A stretch of 64,000 nucleotides of DNA, taken from Candidatus Thalassarchaeaceae archaeon (GTDB lineage: Archaea; Thermoplasmatota; Poseidoniia; Poseidoniales; Thalassarchaeaceae). The translations under genes and the position numbers were made by a program. Positions 45,721-55,063 of this stretch are shown piece by piece (the stretch's first letter is position 1; every line of letters begins with the position of its first letter). The stretch is taken from assembly GCA_030748775.1 (NCBI GenBank), contig JASMLH010000005.1, forward strand, positions 8,625 through 72,624, written 5' to 3'. The notes beneath the pieces are model-generated. The model saw only the letters and a program-made list of their open reading frames with translations, did not search any database and was not told where the DNA came from.

Positions 45721-46602
45721 ATGGCAATCCGTGCAGTAGCGGTAATCGGTGCTGGGACCATGGGAGCTGGTATCGCACAGGTTTGTGCACAGGCAGGATG
45801 GGATACTCGGCTATTCGACTCGTTTCCCGAATCTCTGGAAAGGGGGATGTGTTCGATTGAGGAATTCTGGAACAAAGGAATTGAACTGGGAAAAACCTCT
45901 TCGGAACAGAAGAATGGATGGATGACTAGTCTAGTAGCGGTAAGCAATATCTCAGATGCCGTAGATGGAGTAGACCTGGTTGTAGAAGCAGTGCCCGAGA
46001 AGATGGGCCTAAAGCAGGAGATTTTCCGTGAATTGGAGGTAATTGCTCCTCCCCACGCGATTCTGGCCACCAATACCTCTGGTCTAAAAATCTCCATGAT
46101 TGCCCAATCGACAGGGTGTCCTGAGAGGGTAATCGGGATGCACTTCTTCAACCCCGTCCCAGTGATGCCCCTGCTAGAGATAGTCAAGCACGATGAGGCT
46201 TCACCAGAAACTATCGAGGTTGCAAGAGACGTGGCGGAAGCAATGGGCAAGACGAGTATCCTGGTGAGAGATATACCGGGTTTTGCCACCAGCCGCCTGG
46301 GAGTGGTTCTGGGAAACGAAGCGATTCGTATGCTGTCAGAGGGAGTAGCATCTGCAAGTGACATTGACACTGCAATGAGGCTTGGTTACAGGCATCCAAT
46401 GGGTCCTCTGGAGCTATCCGACCTAGTTGGACTAGATGTTCGGATGGACATCCTAAACAGTTTGGCCGAGGCCTTCGATGATGAGTCATACAGGCCTCAT
46501 CCGTTGCTTGAGGAACTGGTGAAGAGTGGTTTCCTTGGAAAGAAGACTGGTCGAGGGATATACGACTGGTCTTCAGGGGAGAAGAGGGAAGTCCAAGATT
46601 AG
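45721..46602 (+). CDS. hbd: 3-hydroxyacyl-CoA (3-hydroxybutyryl-CoA) dehydrogenase
   Basis: VAVIGAGTMGAGIAQV, LVVEAVPEKMGLKQEIF, ATNTSGL, GMHFFNPVPVMPLLEIV and GFATSRL. Confidence 0.92.
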   Translation: MAIRAVAVIGAGTMGAGIAQVCAQAGWDTRLFDSFPESLERGMCSIEEFWNKGIELGKTSSEQKNGWMTSLVAVSNISDAVDGVDLVVEAVPEKMGLKQEIFRELEVIAPPHAILATNTSGLKISMIAQSTGCPERVIGMHFFNPVPVMPLLEIVKHDEASPETIEVARDVAEAMGKTSILVRDIPGFATSRLGVVLGNEAIRMLSEGVASASDIDTAMRLGYRHPMGPLELSDLVGLDVRMDILNSLAEAFDDESYRPHPLLEELVKSGFLGKKTGRGIYDWSSGEKREVQD

Positions 46603-46607
46603 GTGCC

Positions 46608-48680
46608 CTACCAAGTTCCCTCGAAGTAGCATTCCCCGGAACACGTGTCGGCAATGACGCCATCGAGTATGAAATCATTGGCCATATCTACTGCTGGATC
46701 GAATCCCAGAACCTGGTTGTGTGCCAGTGAGTGATACTCCATTGGCCCCTGGATGTTGCCTGATGGAACATCGGGGAATAGCCCATCGAAGTAAACCACT
46801 CCAGAATCAGTCGTCTGCGCTTCGGCCACTTCCAATCCGTGGGGATGGTAGGTGGAGTTTGCAATAACCGGAATCCCCGAGGTTCTCGAAGCCCTGTCCG
46901 CGGAAAGGGTGGTAACCTGGGCATCATTCATCGAAATGATATACAGGATTTCATAGGGATGGAGTTCCCCATTCAATCCCCCATCTCTGAATGGGAGGTA
47001 TGTCTCTGGTTCGGTTGTATCCCACATTGACTGCATAAGAGCAAGAAGTATCGAGCGGTCCATGGTTGAGGTGTAAGCAAGGGGGGAGGCGAAGAGCTGC
47101 TCAAATTGAGTGTACTGTGTAGAACGCTCTGCTATGAAATTGAATGATGAACCGGCTACCCAGAGCACTCCCCTATCAATTTCGGGAATCAATGAGAGCA
47201 TGGAAGGCCCCCTTATTCCTCCCAATGACACTCCCATGTAGTCTATGTTGCTTGAGTCAACAAGGTTGATCCCATTGTAGTAGAACTCTGGAAGATCAGA
47301 GCACATGCCACCGATTGTCCTGATCATTGCAAGGTGGTTAATCACTGATTGCTGGAGCCTCTCAGCTTGGTGTTGGAGGTAGTTCACATTCATCAATCCG
47401 AAGGTTACTGCGTCGAAGTCACCGTCGGAGCTCCAACCCTTGAAGTCAGTTCCTATCGATGCGAAACCAGTCTCATTTGCCCAGCCTCTGAACGCTGAGA
47501 CCATACCTCGTCCGTCTCCGAGGAATCCATGTCCCAGCACAACCAATGGGACCGGTTGCCCTGTATCGGCAGCTGATTGTGGGATTGTCAAAGTGAAAAC
47601 CACTTCAGTGTTGAAGTTGAACATGGGAGCTCCATTTGAGTCCCTGTTCATAGGAGTGGGTGGGTAAACCGCCTGAAGGTAGTGAGGGGTCGTGATGGTC
47701 CCGCTAATTCTCCTAAAGGTCGTATTATCACCACCATAGTTCTCCTCTACTGAGTTAACGATGCAACCCAGGCCTCCTTCCCCGAGTCGTTCCGTTGCGT
47801 CATTTCTCATTTCAACAATATCTGCAGTCAATGATTCGGTCGATGCAGTGTGGAACCACCAAGCCGATTGAATCGAAGACCTCTCGAATCCTACGCTGGA
47901 AAGTGCTGAGAACATTGTTTCGAAGCCTGAACGGCTATTCTCAATCTGAGTGGAGTCTGTTCCATTCCCATCCCTTAGTGCTCTGAATGCATCGAATGGT
48001 TCGATTTCGTTTCCACCTTCGTCCGATAAGCCTCGAAAGGCAACTGCATACTGCGTATTGTGCTCAAGCCCTCTGATTGACCTCAGATGCACAAGGGTCG
48101 CCTCACCTTCCTGAGTTCTTGCAGAGATCTCCACCCAGTGTTCGACTGGTTGGCCCGTGTCCATGTTCAGCAAAACGCTTCCATGGTCCGCTTGGAGAGA
48201 AATGGCAATGCTGTCCTGGGAAGCCAGTTCGGAAAGATCCGGTAGATTTTGGAAGGTTGTGAAAATCTGTGATGAGGGGGAGTGGCCGTCCCTTGCGTTG
48301 ATTATGTCAAATTCTTCTGACGGGGCTGAGGCTGAGTCTGGGATTGCGGCTCCCTTTATGTGGACCCTGAGACCAGTAACTGTCGAGGGGTCATCCACAA
48401 GAAATGCCCCCGATGGGTAGGGAAGCAGGCAATGGTCAGGATTGGTGTTATCACAAACATCATTGTTGGGGAAGGATATCTTCTCTTGGGACGGCTCAGT
48501 TGATTGATACTCGCAAGAGCCGTCAGAAGCAGTAGCCTCTGAGTTGAAGTTCTCTGCATTTTGGTCCATGCATCCTACGATGTCTTCGGGCTCCGGGTTA
48601 GATTCAGTCCCGCTGCACCCAGCAAGAAGCATGGAAATTACTAGCAAAATTGCGATAGTGGCCCTAGGGCGTTCAATCAT
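46608..48680 (-). CDS. Secreted lipoprotein, alpha/beta-hydrolase-like
   Basis: Signal/lipobox MIERPRATIAILLVISMLLAGCSG; the start at 48680 lies just downstream of the upstream gene stop at 48694. VVLGHGFLGDG and the nucleophile-elbow-like YMGVSLGGIRG are present. The family is not identified further. Confidence 0.65.
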   Translation of the reverse strand: MIERPRATIAILLVISMLLAGCSGTESNPEPEDIVGCMDQNAENFNSEATASDGSCEYQSTEPSQEKISFPNNDVCDNTNPDHCLLPYPSGAFLVDDPSTVTGLRVHIKGAAIPDSASAPSEEFDIINARDGHSPSSQIFTTFQNLPDLSELASQDSIAISLQADHGSVLLNMDTGQPVEHWVEISARTQEGEATLVHLRSIRGLEHNTQYAVAFRGLSDEGGNEIEPFDAFRALRDGNGTDSTQIENSRSGFETMFSALSSVGFERSSIQSAWWFHTASTESLTADIVEMRNDATERLGEGGLGCIVNSVEENYGGDNTTFRRISGTITTPHYLQAVYPPTPMNRDSNGAPMFNFNTEVVFTLTIPQSAADTGQPVPLVVLGHGFLGDGRGMVSAFRGWANETGFASIGTDFKGWSSDGDFDAVTFGLMNVNYLQHQAERLQQSVINHLAMIRTIGGMCSDLPEFYYNGINLVDSSNIDYMGVSLGGIRGPSMLSLIPEIDRGVLWVAGSSFNFIAERSTQYTQFEQLFASPLAYTSTMDRSILLALMQSMWDTTEPETYLPFRDGGLNGELHPYEILYIISMNDAQVTTLSADRASRTSGIPVIANSTYHPHGLEVAEAQTTDSGVVYFDGLFPDVPSGNIQGPMEYHSLAHNQVLGFDPAVDMANDFILDGVIADTCSGECYFEGTW

Positions 48681-48693
48681 CACCCTCCTGACA

Positions 48694-49773
48694 CTAAAGG
48701 AGGTTATCAATTTCCCTACGAGAAGAAAGTATCCTGTGAAAGTGATGAACTCCTCTCTCTCTTTCAGGAGAGTATCGGCCTCTGTAATAGATGCTTGATG
48801 AAACACCCCTCTGGGTTGCCTCTACTATCTCTTGATCCTCTTCCTCGACTTTGTCCAAGTCTGCTCCAGCACCTTTGCCTAGCATCGAATGATCACCAAC
48901 AAACCCATGATAGAATATCCGAGTTCGATTGGGCGAGATGGGGACAACTAGGTTTACTGAGAGCCCCCAGGGGTAAAAGTTCAGCATCAATCCAGGAAAA
49001 ATCCAGTAATAGTAGGCCGCTACATTCTCACCGAAATCAGGAGAGGTTTCTGGTAGGTTGAATGACGGCTCATCATCACTAGCTATCCCAACCTGCAACA
49101 CGCCTCCCTCGAAAATTTCGGTACGGTAGTTGTCATAGTCAAGGACTCCGTGGAGCTCCTTGTGAACGAAAGGAATGTGGAATCCCTCTAGGTAGTTGTC
49201 AACATACAGGGCCCAGTTCGCTTGGATCTCGTAATCACGGAACCTTGATTCATCGTGTTCAAAAGAAGAAATGGGAATCCACCCTAGCCTCCTCTCCAAC
49301 TCTTCTAAACAACCGGAGAAGTCCAAGGGACGAGTCCCGCAGAAAATGATTCCGTTCCACTCCAAAGTCGGGAATCTCTGGAGGTTATCAGATTGACTAG
49401 GGAAATCCTGCACGTCTTCGAACTCGGGCATGGTCCTGAAGCATCCGTCCAGACCAAATGTGCGCCCGTGGTAAGGGCACTGAAGAGTCTTGGCTGAACA
49501 TTTCTGTTCGGCGATTATCATTCCCCTATGTGTGCATACATTAGATAGGCACCTAATCTCGTCTTCCGATGTCAATAACATAGGTTCTCCAAGAATTCCT
49601 TCCATGTGAGGAAGGGGGATTGCTGTTGATTCTCCGAACTGGCTTCTATGGGCAGCGAAATGCCAGTATTCTGAGAATCTGGACCTAGATTCCCTAAGCC
49701 TTTCTTCGCTCGTATAGAAATCAGAGGGCAGTGTATGGGCCTTCCTTATGTCTGGGTCGATGATGTCAGGCAA
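48694..49773 (-). CDS. Rieske [2Fe-2S] non-heme iron oxygenase, alpha-subunit type
   Basis: Rieske motif CTHRG...(17)...CPYHGRTF. The C-terminal catalytic domain has NYLEGFHIPFVH (mononuclear iron His pair). Confidence 0.85.
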   Translation of the reverse strand: MPDIIDPDIRKAHTLPSDFYTSEERLRESRSRFSEYWHFAAHRSQFGESTAIPLPHMEGILGEPMLLTSEDEIRCLSNVCTHRGMIIAEQKCSAKTLQCPYHGRTFGLDGCFRTMPEFEDVQDFPSQSDNLQRFPTLEWNGIIFCGTRPLDFSGCLEELERRLGWIPISSFEHDESRFRDYEIQANWALYVDNYLEGFHIPFVHKELHGVLDYDNYRTEIFEGGVLQVGIASDDEPSFNLPETSPDFGENVAAYYYWIFPGLMLNFYPWGLSVNLVVPISPNRTRIFYHGFVGDHSMLGKGAGADLDKVEEEDQEIVEATQRGVSSSIYYRGRYSPERERGVHHFHRILSSRREIDNLL

Positions 49774-49785
49774 GTAGAACTCCAG

Positions 49786-50289
49786 TTACTCCCCAGTGCA
49801 CTCCGATGTAGGCATTTCGACTCTGGACATATGGTTTGCAAACCTCATCACGCGGTCTTCATTGACTCCCATGTCAGAAACGCCCAGCCTGGACTCGGAG
49901 TAGACATGTATTACTGAATCACCTTGATCGCAGAATCCCCTGATAAGGAAATCATCTGGAAAGCGAAAGACTAGGCTTGTGAAAACAAAGTGATGGTGGT
50001 CCGGCCAATCCCCTAGGGAAGTGGTCCTGGGCTGGGATTCTGCCCACTCGGAAGCAACCGACATTACGTGTTCCAGACTAGAGTTGAATCTAAGCTCGGT
50101 TTGCCCGTCACTCCTATGCGGCAATGGACCTAACATCGAGCAATTTGAAGATCCAGTCGGGCACTTTTCGGGGAATTCTCCTGGGGGAATCGGGTAATCT
50201 GGTGCAGCTATGTGAATCGCTAGAACTGCGAATAAGTATGATGCAAGGACTCCGGCTGAGAAGAGCGTTGAAGTTTTTCTCTCCGTCAT
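49786..50289 (-). CDS. DUF1499-like membrane-anchored protein
   Basis: N-terminal TM helix, then KCPTGSSNCSM resembling the CP.SPNCVSS motif of DUF1499, and a later ESRLGVSDMGVN. Confidence 0.45.
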   Translation of the reverse strand: MTERKTSTLFSAGVLASYLFAVLAIHIAAPDYPIPPGEFPEKCPTGSSNCSMLGPLPHRSDGQTELRFNSSLEHVMSVASEWAESQPRTTSLGDWPDHHHFVFTSLVFRFPDDFLIRGFCDQGDSVIHVYSESRLGVSDMGVNEDRVMRFANHMSRVEMPTSECTGE

Positions 50290-50777
50290 GAGTCACCTTC
50301 GGCAACAATTACCCTAGCAGCTCTGAGAATCCTGTCGTGCATTCTATATCCCTGTTCGATTACCTCTATCACGCTCCCTGGAAGGGAGTCTTCAGGGCAT
50401 GGGATAGTTGCTATTGCCTCCATACAAGTTGGATCGAATGCATTCCCTAGAGCCTCGATCTGGACAATGCCTTCTGATTCAAGGGCCGTCCTGATGCCTT
50501 CGAGGGTTAGTCGGACTCCTTCGATTACAGAGTCTCCACCTTCGGAGGACTCTACTGCCTTTGTCAGAACGTCAACCATGGGAATGATGCGGTTTGCTAG
50601 TGATGCGCCCCCATATCTCAGGAGGTCGGAGCGTTCTCTTGCTGCCCTTTGTCTAATGTTTGCAATCTCTGCCTTGGCATACTGGATTTCCTTTTCTAGC
50701 TCCTCTACCCTTGAGGCTTCGCCGTCCCCCTCGTCTGGGATGTCCACTTTATCGGCTTCCGGGGGTTCATCTGCCAC
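50286..50777 (-). CDS. grpE: Nucleotide exchange factor GrpE
   Basis: N-terminal coiled coil EELEKEIQYAKAEIANIRQRAARE, and a C-terminal beta domain FDPTCMEAI......GSVIEVIEQGYRMHDRILRAARV. Confidence 0.85.
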   Translation of the reverse strand: MADEPPEADKVDIPDEGDGEASRVEELEKEIQYAKAEIANIRQRAARERSDLLRYGGASLANRIIPMVDVLTKAVESSEGGDSVIEGVRLTLEGIRTALESEGIVQIEALGNAFDPTCMEAIATIPCPEDSLPGSVIEVIEQGYRMHDRILRAARVIVAEGDS

Positions 50778-50819
50778 GTCCTCGGGCTAGAATCGTCACT
50801 CATGAATCCAATGGTCGTT

Positions 50820-52589
50820 TCACTTCGAGTAGAAGTATTCCCCCGATGACTTCTGTTCGCGGTCCTTCCTGCTAGAGGGCTTGTTTATCCTCGGTCTTTG
50901 AGATTCGACGTCCCTACGGAATGTCACTCCAACATCGGACAAAAACAAGTTCATCCCCTTACGGAGAGACAGGGGGCCGACAGCATGACCATTCCTGCCC
51001 CCTTCTCCCTGGAACACCAGAAGAGAGTCGCTAACTATATCGATGAAGTAGGTATCATGATCGATTACCATTGCTGCCTTCTCGTTGCTCTCCATTGTCC
51101 TTCTGATGGCCTTTGCAGCCTCCATTCTTGCGTTGGCATCCAAGTGGGCGCTTGGTTCGTCGAAGAGGTATAGATCTGCCTCCTTGCCAAGGCAAATTGC
51201 GATGCTTACGGCTTGTAATTCCCCCCCAGAGAGCTTCTTGGCATTGAGCTCGAGTAATTGATCAACTTGTAGAGCACGGATTACCTGAGTCCGGAATTCT
51301 CCGGATCTCCAAGTAGGCCCAATCTCGGAGTCCAGCCAATCGGTTACGGTTCCTTCGAAGTCGGTGCTGACGTGCTGTGGCTTGTATGAGACCACAGAGT
51401 CCATTGTGCACCATCCTTGATCTGGTTCCATCTCTCCGGCGATGATTCGGACCATGGTTGTCTTACCTGTTGAATTAGGGCCGACGACGCCTACTACCTC
51501 TGCACTTCTGACTTGCCCTTCGTCGGTGGTGAGTTGGAAATCGCCCAATTTCTTCTCCATGTCACCCCATCTCAAGATGGGCATTCCGACTTCTTCACCA
51601 CGATCTCTGGCCCTAAGGAATTGGATTGGCTTATCCCGAATTCGGACGTTCTCCTCGGTCAGGAACCCCTCCAGGTATGCATTGATTGCCGTCCTTGTTG
51701 ATCGGGGCGGGGTAAAAATCCCATAGGCTGCTCTCTCTCCATAAATTACATGGATGAGATCGCAAAGAACATCAAGAATAGCCAAATCGTGCTCCACTAC
51801 CAAGACCCTCTTTCCTCTTGAGGCCAGGCTCTGCACGATTCCCACCATCCTCATTCGTTCGTAGATGTCCAAGTAGGATGATGGCTCATCGAAGAAGTAT
51901 ACATCGGCTTCTTTGAGGAGGGTTGCACAAATAGCCACTCTTTGCAACTCCCCTCCGGAGAGATCACCGAGTTTTCGATTCAGAATGTGTTCTATTCCGA
52001 GAAGGTCAGCGAACTCTGACACCTCTCCCCTCTCATCGACTCTTTCGAGTAGTTCGCAAACCTCTCCTTCGAAGATTTGGGGGAGTTTGTCGATGTATTG
52101 GGGCTTTACCGATATGCTCACTCCCTCCTCGGAAAGTAGTCCCAAGTAGTCCCTTAGCTCTCCTCGTGGGAAGGAGGTAACAACCTCCTGCCAATCTGGC
52201 AAGGGATTGTCCAAATCCCCCAAATTGGGCCTAATAGAACCTGAGAGTATGTTAATGGCCGTTGACTTTCCAATTCCATTGGGCCCAAGAATGCCCACGA
52301 CCTGCTCCTCACGGGGAGATGGGAGGCGGAACAGTCGGAATCCGTTCCCCCCATAGGAGTGGGTCATGTCATGGTCTAGCTCCTCTGGGAGATTGATGAT
52401 TTTGACTGCGTTGTCCGGGCAATGCTTGGCACGGGTCAGGCAAACGGGGCATGCCGTCTCGAGAATCTTGCATTTGTTATCCTCTACTTGTATGCAATCA
52501 CGTTCACACATTGCTGCGTACTTCTGGAGATAGGCGAAGGCGTTGCTATTGGGTTTGCACCTTTCCTCAAGCAGAACTGCGACCCTCAT
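50820..52589 (-). CDS. ABCE1 / RLI ribosome-recycling ATPase
   Basis: N-terminal FeS domain MRVAVLLEERCKP....CERDC....CPVCLTRAKHCP. Two ABC cassettes (GPNGIGKST / LSGGELQRV / FFDEPSSYLD and GPNSTGKTT / LSGGELQAV / LFDEPSAHLD). The start is set at the ATG at 52589. Confidence 0.95.
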   Translation of the reverse strand: MRVAVLLEERCKPNSNAFAYLQKYAAMCERDCIQVEDNKCKILETACPVCLTRAKHCPDNAVKIINLPEELDHDMTHSYGGNGFRLFRLPSPREEQVVGILGPNGIGKSTAINILSGSIRPNLGDLDNPLPDWQEVVTSFPRGELRDYLGLLSEEGVSISVKPQYIDKLPQIFEGEVCELLERVDERGEVSEFADLLGIEHILNRKLGDLSGGELQRVAICATLLKEADVYFFDEPSSYLDIYERMRMVGIVQSLASRGKRVLVVEHDLAILDVLCDLIHVIYGERAAYGIFTPPRSTRTAINAYLEGFLTEENVRIRDKPIQFLRARDRGEEVGMPILRWGDMEKKLGDFQLTTDEGQVRSAEVVGVVGPNSTGKTTMVRIIAGEMEPDQGWCTMDSVVSYKPQHVSTDFEGTVTDWLDSEIGPTWRSGEFRTQVIRALQVDQLLELNAKKLSGGELQAVSIAICLGKEADLYLFDEPSAHLDANARMEAAKAIRRTMESNEKAAMVIDHDTYFIDIVSDSLLVFQGEGGRNGHAVGPLSLRKGMNLFLSDVGVTFRRDVESQRPRINKPSSRKDREQKSSGEYFYSK

Positions 52590-52657
52590 GATTCGGCACC
52601 CACTAATTTCTCTCAATACATCTTCCCTGCGGAGCGCTCTCGGCGACCGCTTTTCGC

Positions 52658-53941
52658 TCAGAGTCCGATGAACCTGAACCTCACGTAAACGTATGCTGCG
52701 AGTAGCATCTTCTCGGTCTTGGATAGTTGGACTCTTTCAGTGAAGACGTCTCCGTTTCGCTTGACGATTTTCTTCATTATCGACTGGTAGAAGTATGCCA
52801 TTGCTGCAGGTGAGTACCTAGAAGACTTGTCCAGGTGAGAGAAGAGCTTGAATGCGCGTTCCCTGTAGCCATCTGCACGGTCCAAGTACTCCTTTACGAA
52901 AGGCCCCCATCCTGGATGGTTCAGCAATTCCTCCCCACTCTTCACATCGTCCTCTGAAATCCCCCATCTGGCAAGATCTTCCAATGGAAGGTAGATCCTA
53001 TCCCTATCTGCGTCCTCTGCTACATCACGGATTATGTTGATCAGTTGCATGAAGACTCCCCAGGACTCGGCGTACTCCTTGGCCATAGGTTCGTCATAGC
53101 CGTATATTTCGATGCAGACTAGGCCAACTGTAGATGCGACTCTGTAACAGTACGAGTACAGCTCCTCGAAAGTCTGGTATCTATTCTTGTGGAAATCGTT
53201 CTCCATGCCACTAATCATGTCGTGTAAGAGCTCCCGGTGGATGCCGTTCCTCTTCACAGTGTCCTTCAGGGCAATGAAGATGGGGTCTGTTGAAGTCATG
53301 TTTCCATATGCGGTGGATAGTTTCTTTCGGTAGTAGAAAAGTTGTGACATCTTCTCATTGTATGTTGATCTATCCAGGACTGGGTTCCCTGGACTAAGCC
53401 TCTCGATGGATGATCTGTATGAAATCGATTCAGGATCATCCTCTGAGCCACCAGGGAATACGTCTACGAAGTCCCCATCTGCGATATCGTCAGCCCTTCT
53501 GCAAAATGCGTAGTACGCCATTATTGAGCGTCTCTTCTGCTCGGGGAGGTACTTGAATGAGTGGTAGAAATTTCCAGCCTCGCGCCTTGTGAGCTCCTCG
53601 CAATAATCGTAAGCCGTTTCAATCATGTGCTCTGGTACCTCGGGCTCGGTCCAAATTGCAGCATCTATGTGTCCAAAGGGGTCAACCAGCTCGCCCCTCG
53701 AGCCAATTACGCCCATGAATAGGGCGCCCTCCCTCACTGCCTCTAGTGCTGTAATGCTGATTGCGTGTACCGCTTCCTTGGTAATGTCGACCGTAGCTCT
53801 GATTAGGTCGATTGATGGTTCTGGACCTTGGAACTCCTTGGAAATAGGTGTCTGCCCGAGACCCTCTCCGGGTTTGCTCGAAATCCGAGAATCTTGCCTC
53901 TGGTCCATTTCGCTCTCGAATCGGGCGGCAAAGCAGCCCAC
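52658..53941 (-). CDS. Phytoene/squalene synthase family protein with ~110-aa N-terminal extension
   Basis: YCEELTRREAGNFYHSF, first Asp-rich motif YYAFCRRADDIADG, and second motif NIIRDVAEDADRDRIYLP. Confidence 0.85.
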   Translation of the reverse strand: MGCFAARFESEMDQRQDSRISSKPGEGLGQTPISKEFQGPEPSIDLIRATVDITKEAVHAISITALEAVREGALFMGVIGSRGELVDPFGHIDAAIWTEPEVPEHMIETAYDYCEELTRREAGNFYHSFKYLPEQKRRSIMAYYAFCRRADDIADGDFVDVFPGGSEDDPESISYRSSIERLSPGNPVLDRSTYNEKMSQLFYYRKKLSTAYGNMTSTDPIFIALKDTVKRNGIHRELLHDMISGMENDFHKNRYQTFEELYSYCYRVASTVGLVCIEIYGYDEPMAKEYAESWGVFMQLINIIRDVAEDADRDRIYLPLEDLARWGISEDDVKSGEELLNHPGWGPFVKEYLDRADGYRERAFKLFSHLDKSSRYSPAAMAYFYQSIMKKIVKRNGDVFTERVQLSKTEKMLLAAYVYVRFRFIGL

Positions 53942-54015
53942 TTGAATGTCTCCCGAACTCGTCTGGGTCGGGCATCAAATTTTCTGGGATGCCGATATGG
54001 CGAGCAAGCAGTCGT

Positions 54016-55026
54016 TTACGCTTCTTCGAGTAGGCGCATGCTGCGACCGGGGAATGGTACTGCCATTACCACGCTTTTGACCACTCTCTCGATGTCCGAC
54101 CGATCTATCTTGATCCTATTGTTGCGGTCCAGGACGTTGCCCTTCCTGAGCAGTTTCGCTGTTCTCTTTCCGATGATTACAGGTAGCATGCAAGAGCCGC
54201 GTAGCCTGAACTGGCTGTGAGGGAGCATCCCAATGTACTCAATTGCTGCCTTGAAGTGGGATTCGGTGAGATCCAAGTACTGGTCGTAGAGAGGTCTGAA
54301 TCGCGACATGTTCCCGGGATCTGTTAGATCGGAAGCGCTGAGCGCGTGGTCAACCAGGGTGCTATTGGGGATGTAGCACCTCCCTGATCGAAGATCTGCT
54401 GGTATGTCCCGCAGGATGTTGATCATCTGCAACCCCTTTCCGAACCTGATTCCATTAGCGAACAGTGCTGCCTCCTCGTCTTCGGAAGCATTGAACACGT
54501 GGTCCAGAGACAACCGCGTCCATAGCTCCCCGACACTGCCTGCTACTCTGTATGCATAGTCGTCGAGTTCGCCGTCGTCCGAAAGAGAGGCTATGGTGCC
54601 CTCGGACTCGGATACTCCGGGGAATCGACGAAGATCTAGGTTCTGGCCGCTGATTATTATCCCCAAGCATCGGAGAATACTATGCTGATCAGATTCGGAG
54701 AACCCACCTAGAGAGCCTACTACGTCTGGGACGCTCCTCAGTAATTCCCCCTCAGAAGCAATCTTCTGCAAATCGGCTAGAACGGAGAAGTCGGGCGGAT
54801 CTGATGTTCTGCCTTGGGTATACTTGTCAAACTCCTCAAGAGCATCAATCCTCTCTTCCGGGGAGCCTTGTCCTGAATCAGCTATGGTGTCAGAAGTTCG
54901 AGCTAGGAGGTACAGGAGGCTGATTTGGGAGCGGATTCCCGATGGGAGCTGTTTCAAAGACAGAAAAAAAGAGCGTGAGGTGCCCTCCAAAATAGAGTCG
55001 AGTTTTGGAGATAGTATTGCTGACAC
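54016..55026 (-). CDS. Second phytoene/squalene synthase family paralog
   Basis: SRSFFLSLKQLP, LLARTSDTIADS (DxxxD) and MINILRDIPADLRSGRCYIP (second DxxxD). The track ORF reaches 55167 and overlaps the sucD 3' end by about 100 nt. The GTG at 55026 is proposed as the start. Confidence 0.78.
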   Translation of the reverse strand: MSAILSPKLDSILEGTSRSFFLSLKQLPSGIRSQISLLYLLARTSDTIADSGQGSPEERIDALEEFDKYTQGRTSDPPDFSVLADLQKIASEGELLRSVPDVVGSLGGFSESDQHSILRCLGIIISGQNLDLRRFPGVSESEGTIASLSDDGELDDYAYRVAGSVGELWTRLSLDHVFNASEDEEAALFANGIRFGKGLQMINILRDIPADLRSGRCYIPNSTLVDHALSASDLTDPGNMSRFRPLYDQYLDLTESHFKAAIEYIGMLPHSQFRLRGSCMLPVIIGKRTAKLLRKGNVLDRNNRIKIDRSDIERVVKSVVMAVPFPGRSMRLLEEA

Positions 55027-55063
55027 TGCGATGTCACCTGGACCTCGCTGAGTGCTCCTACTC

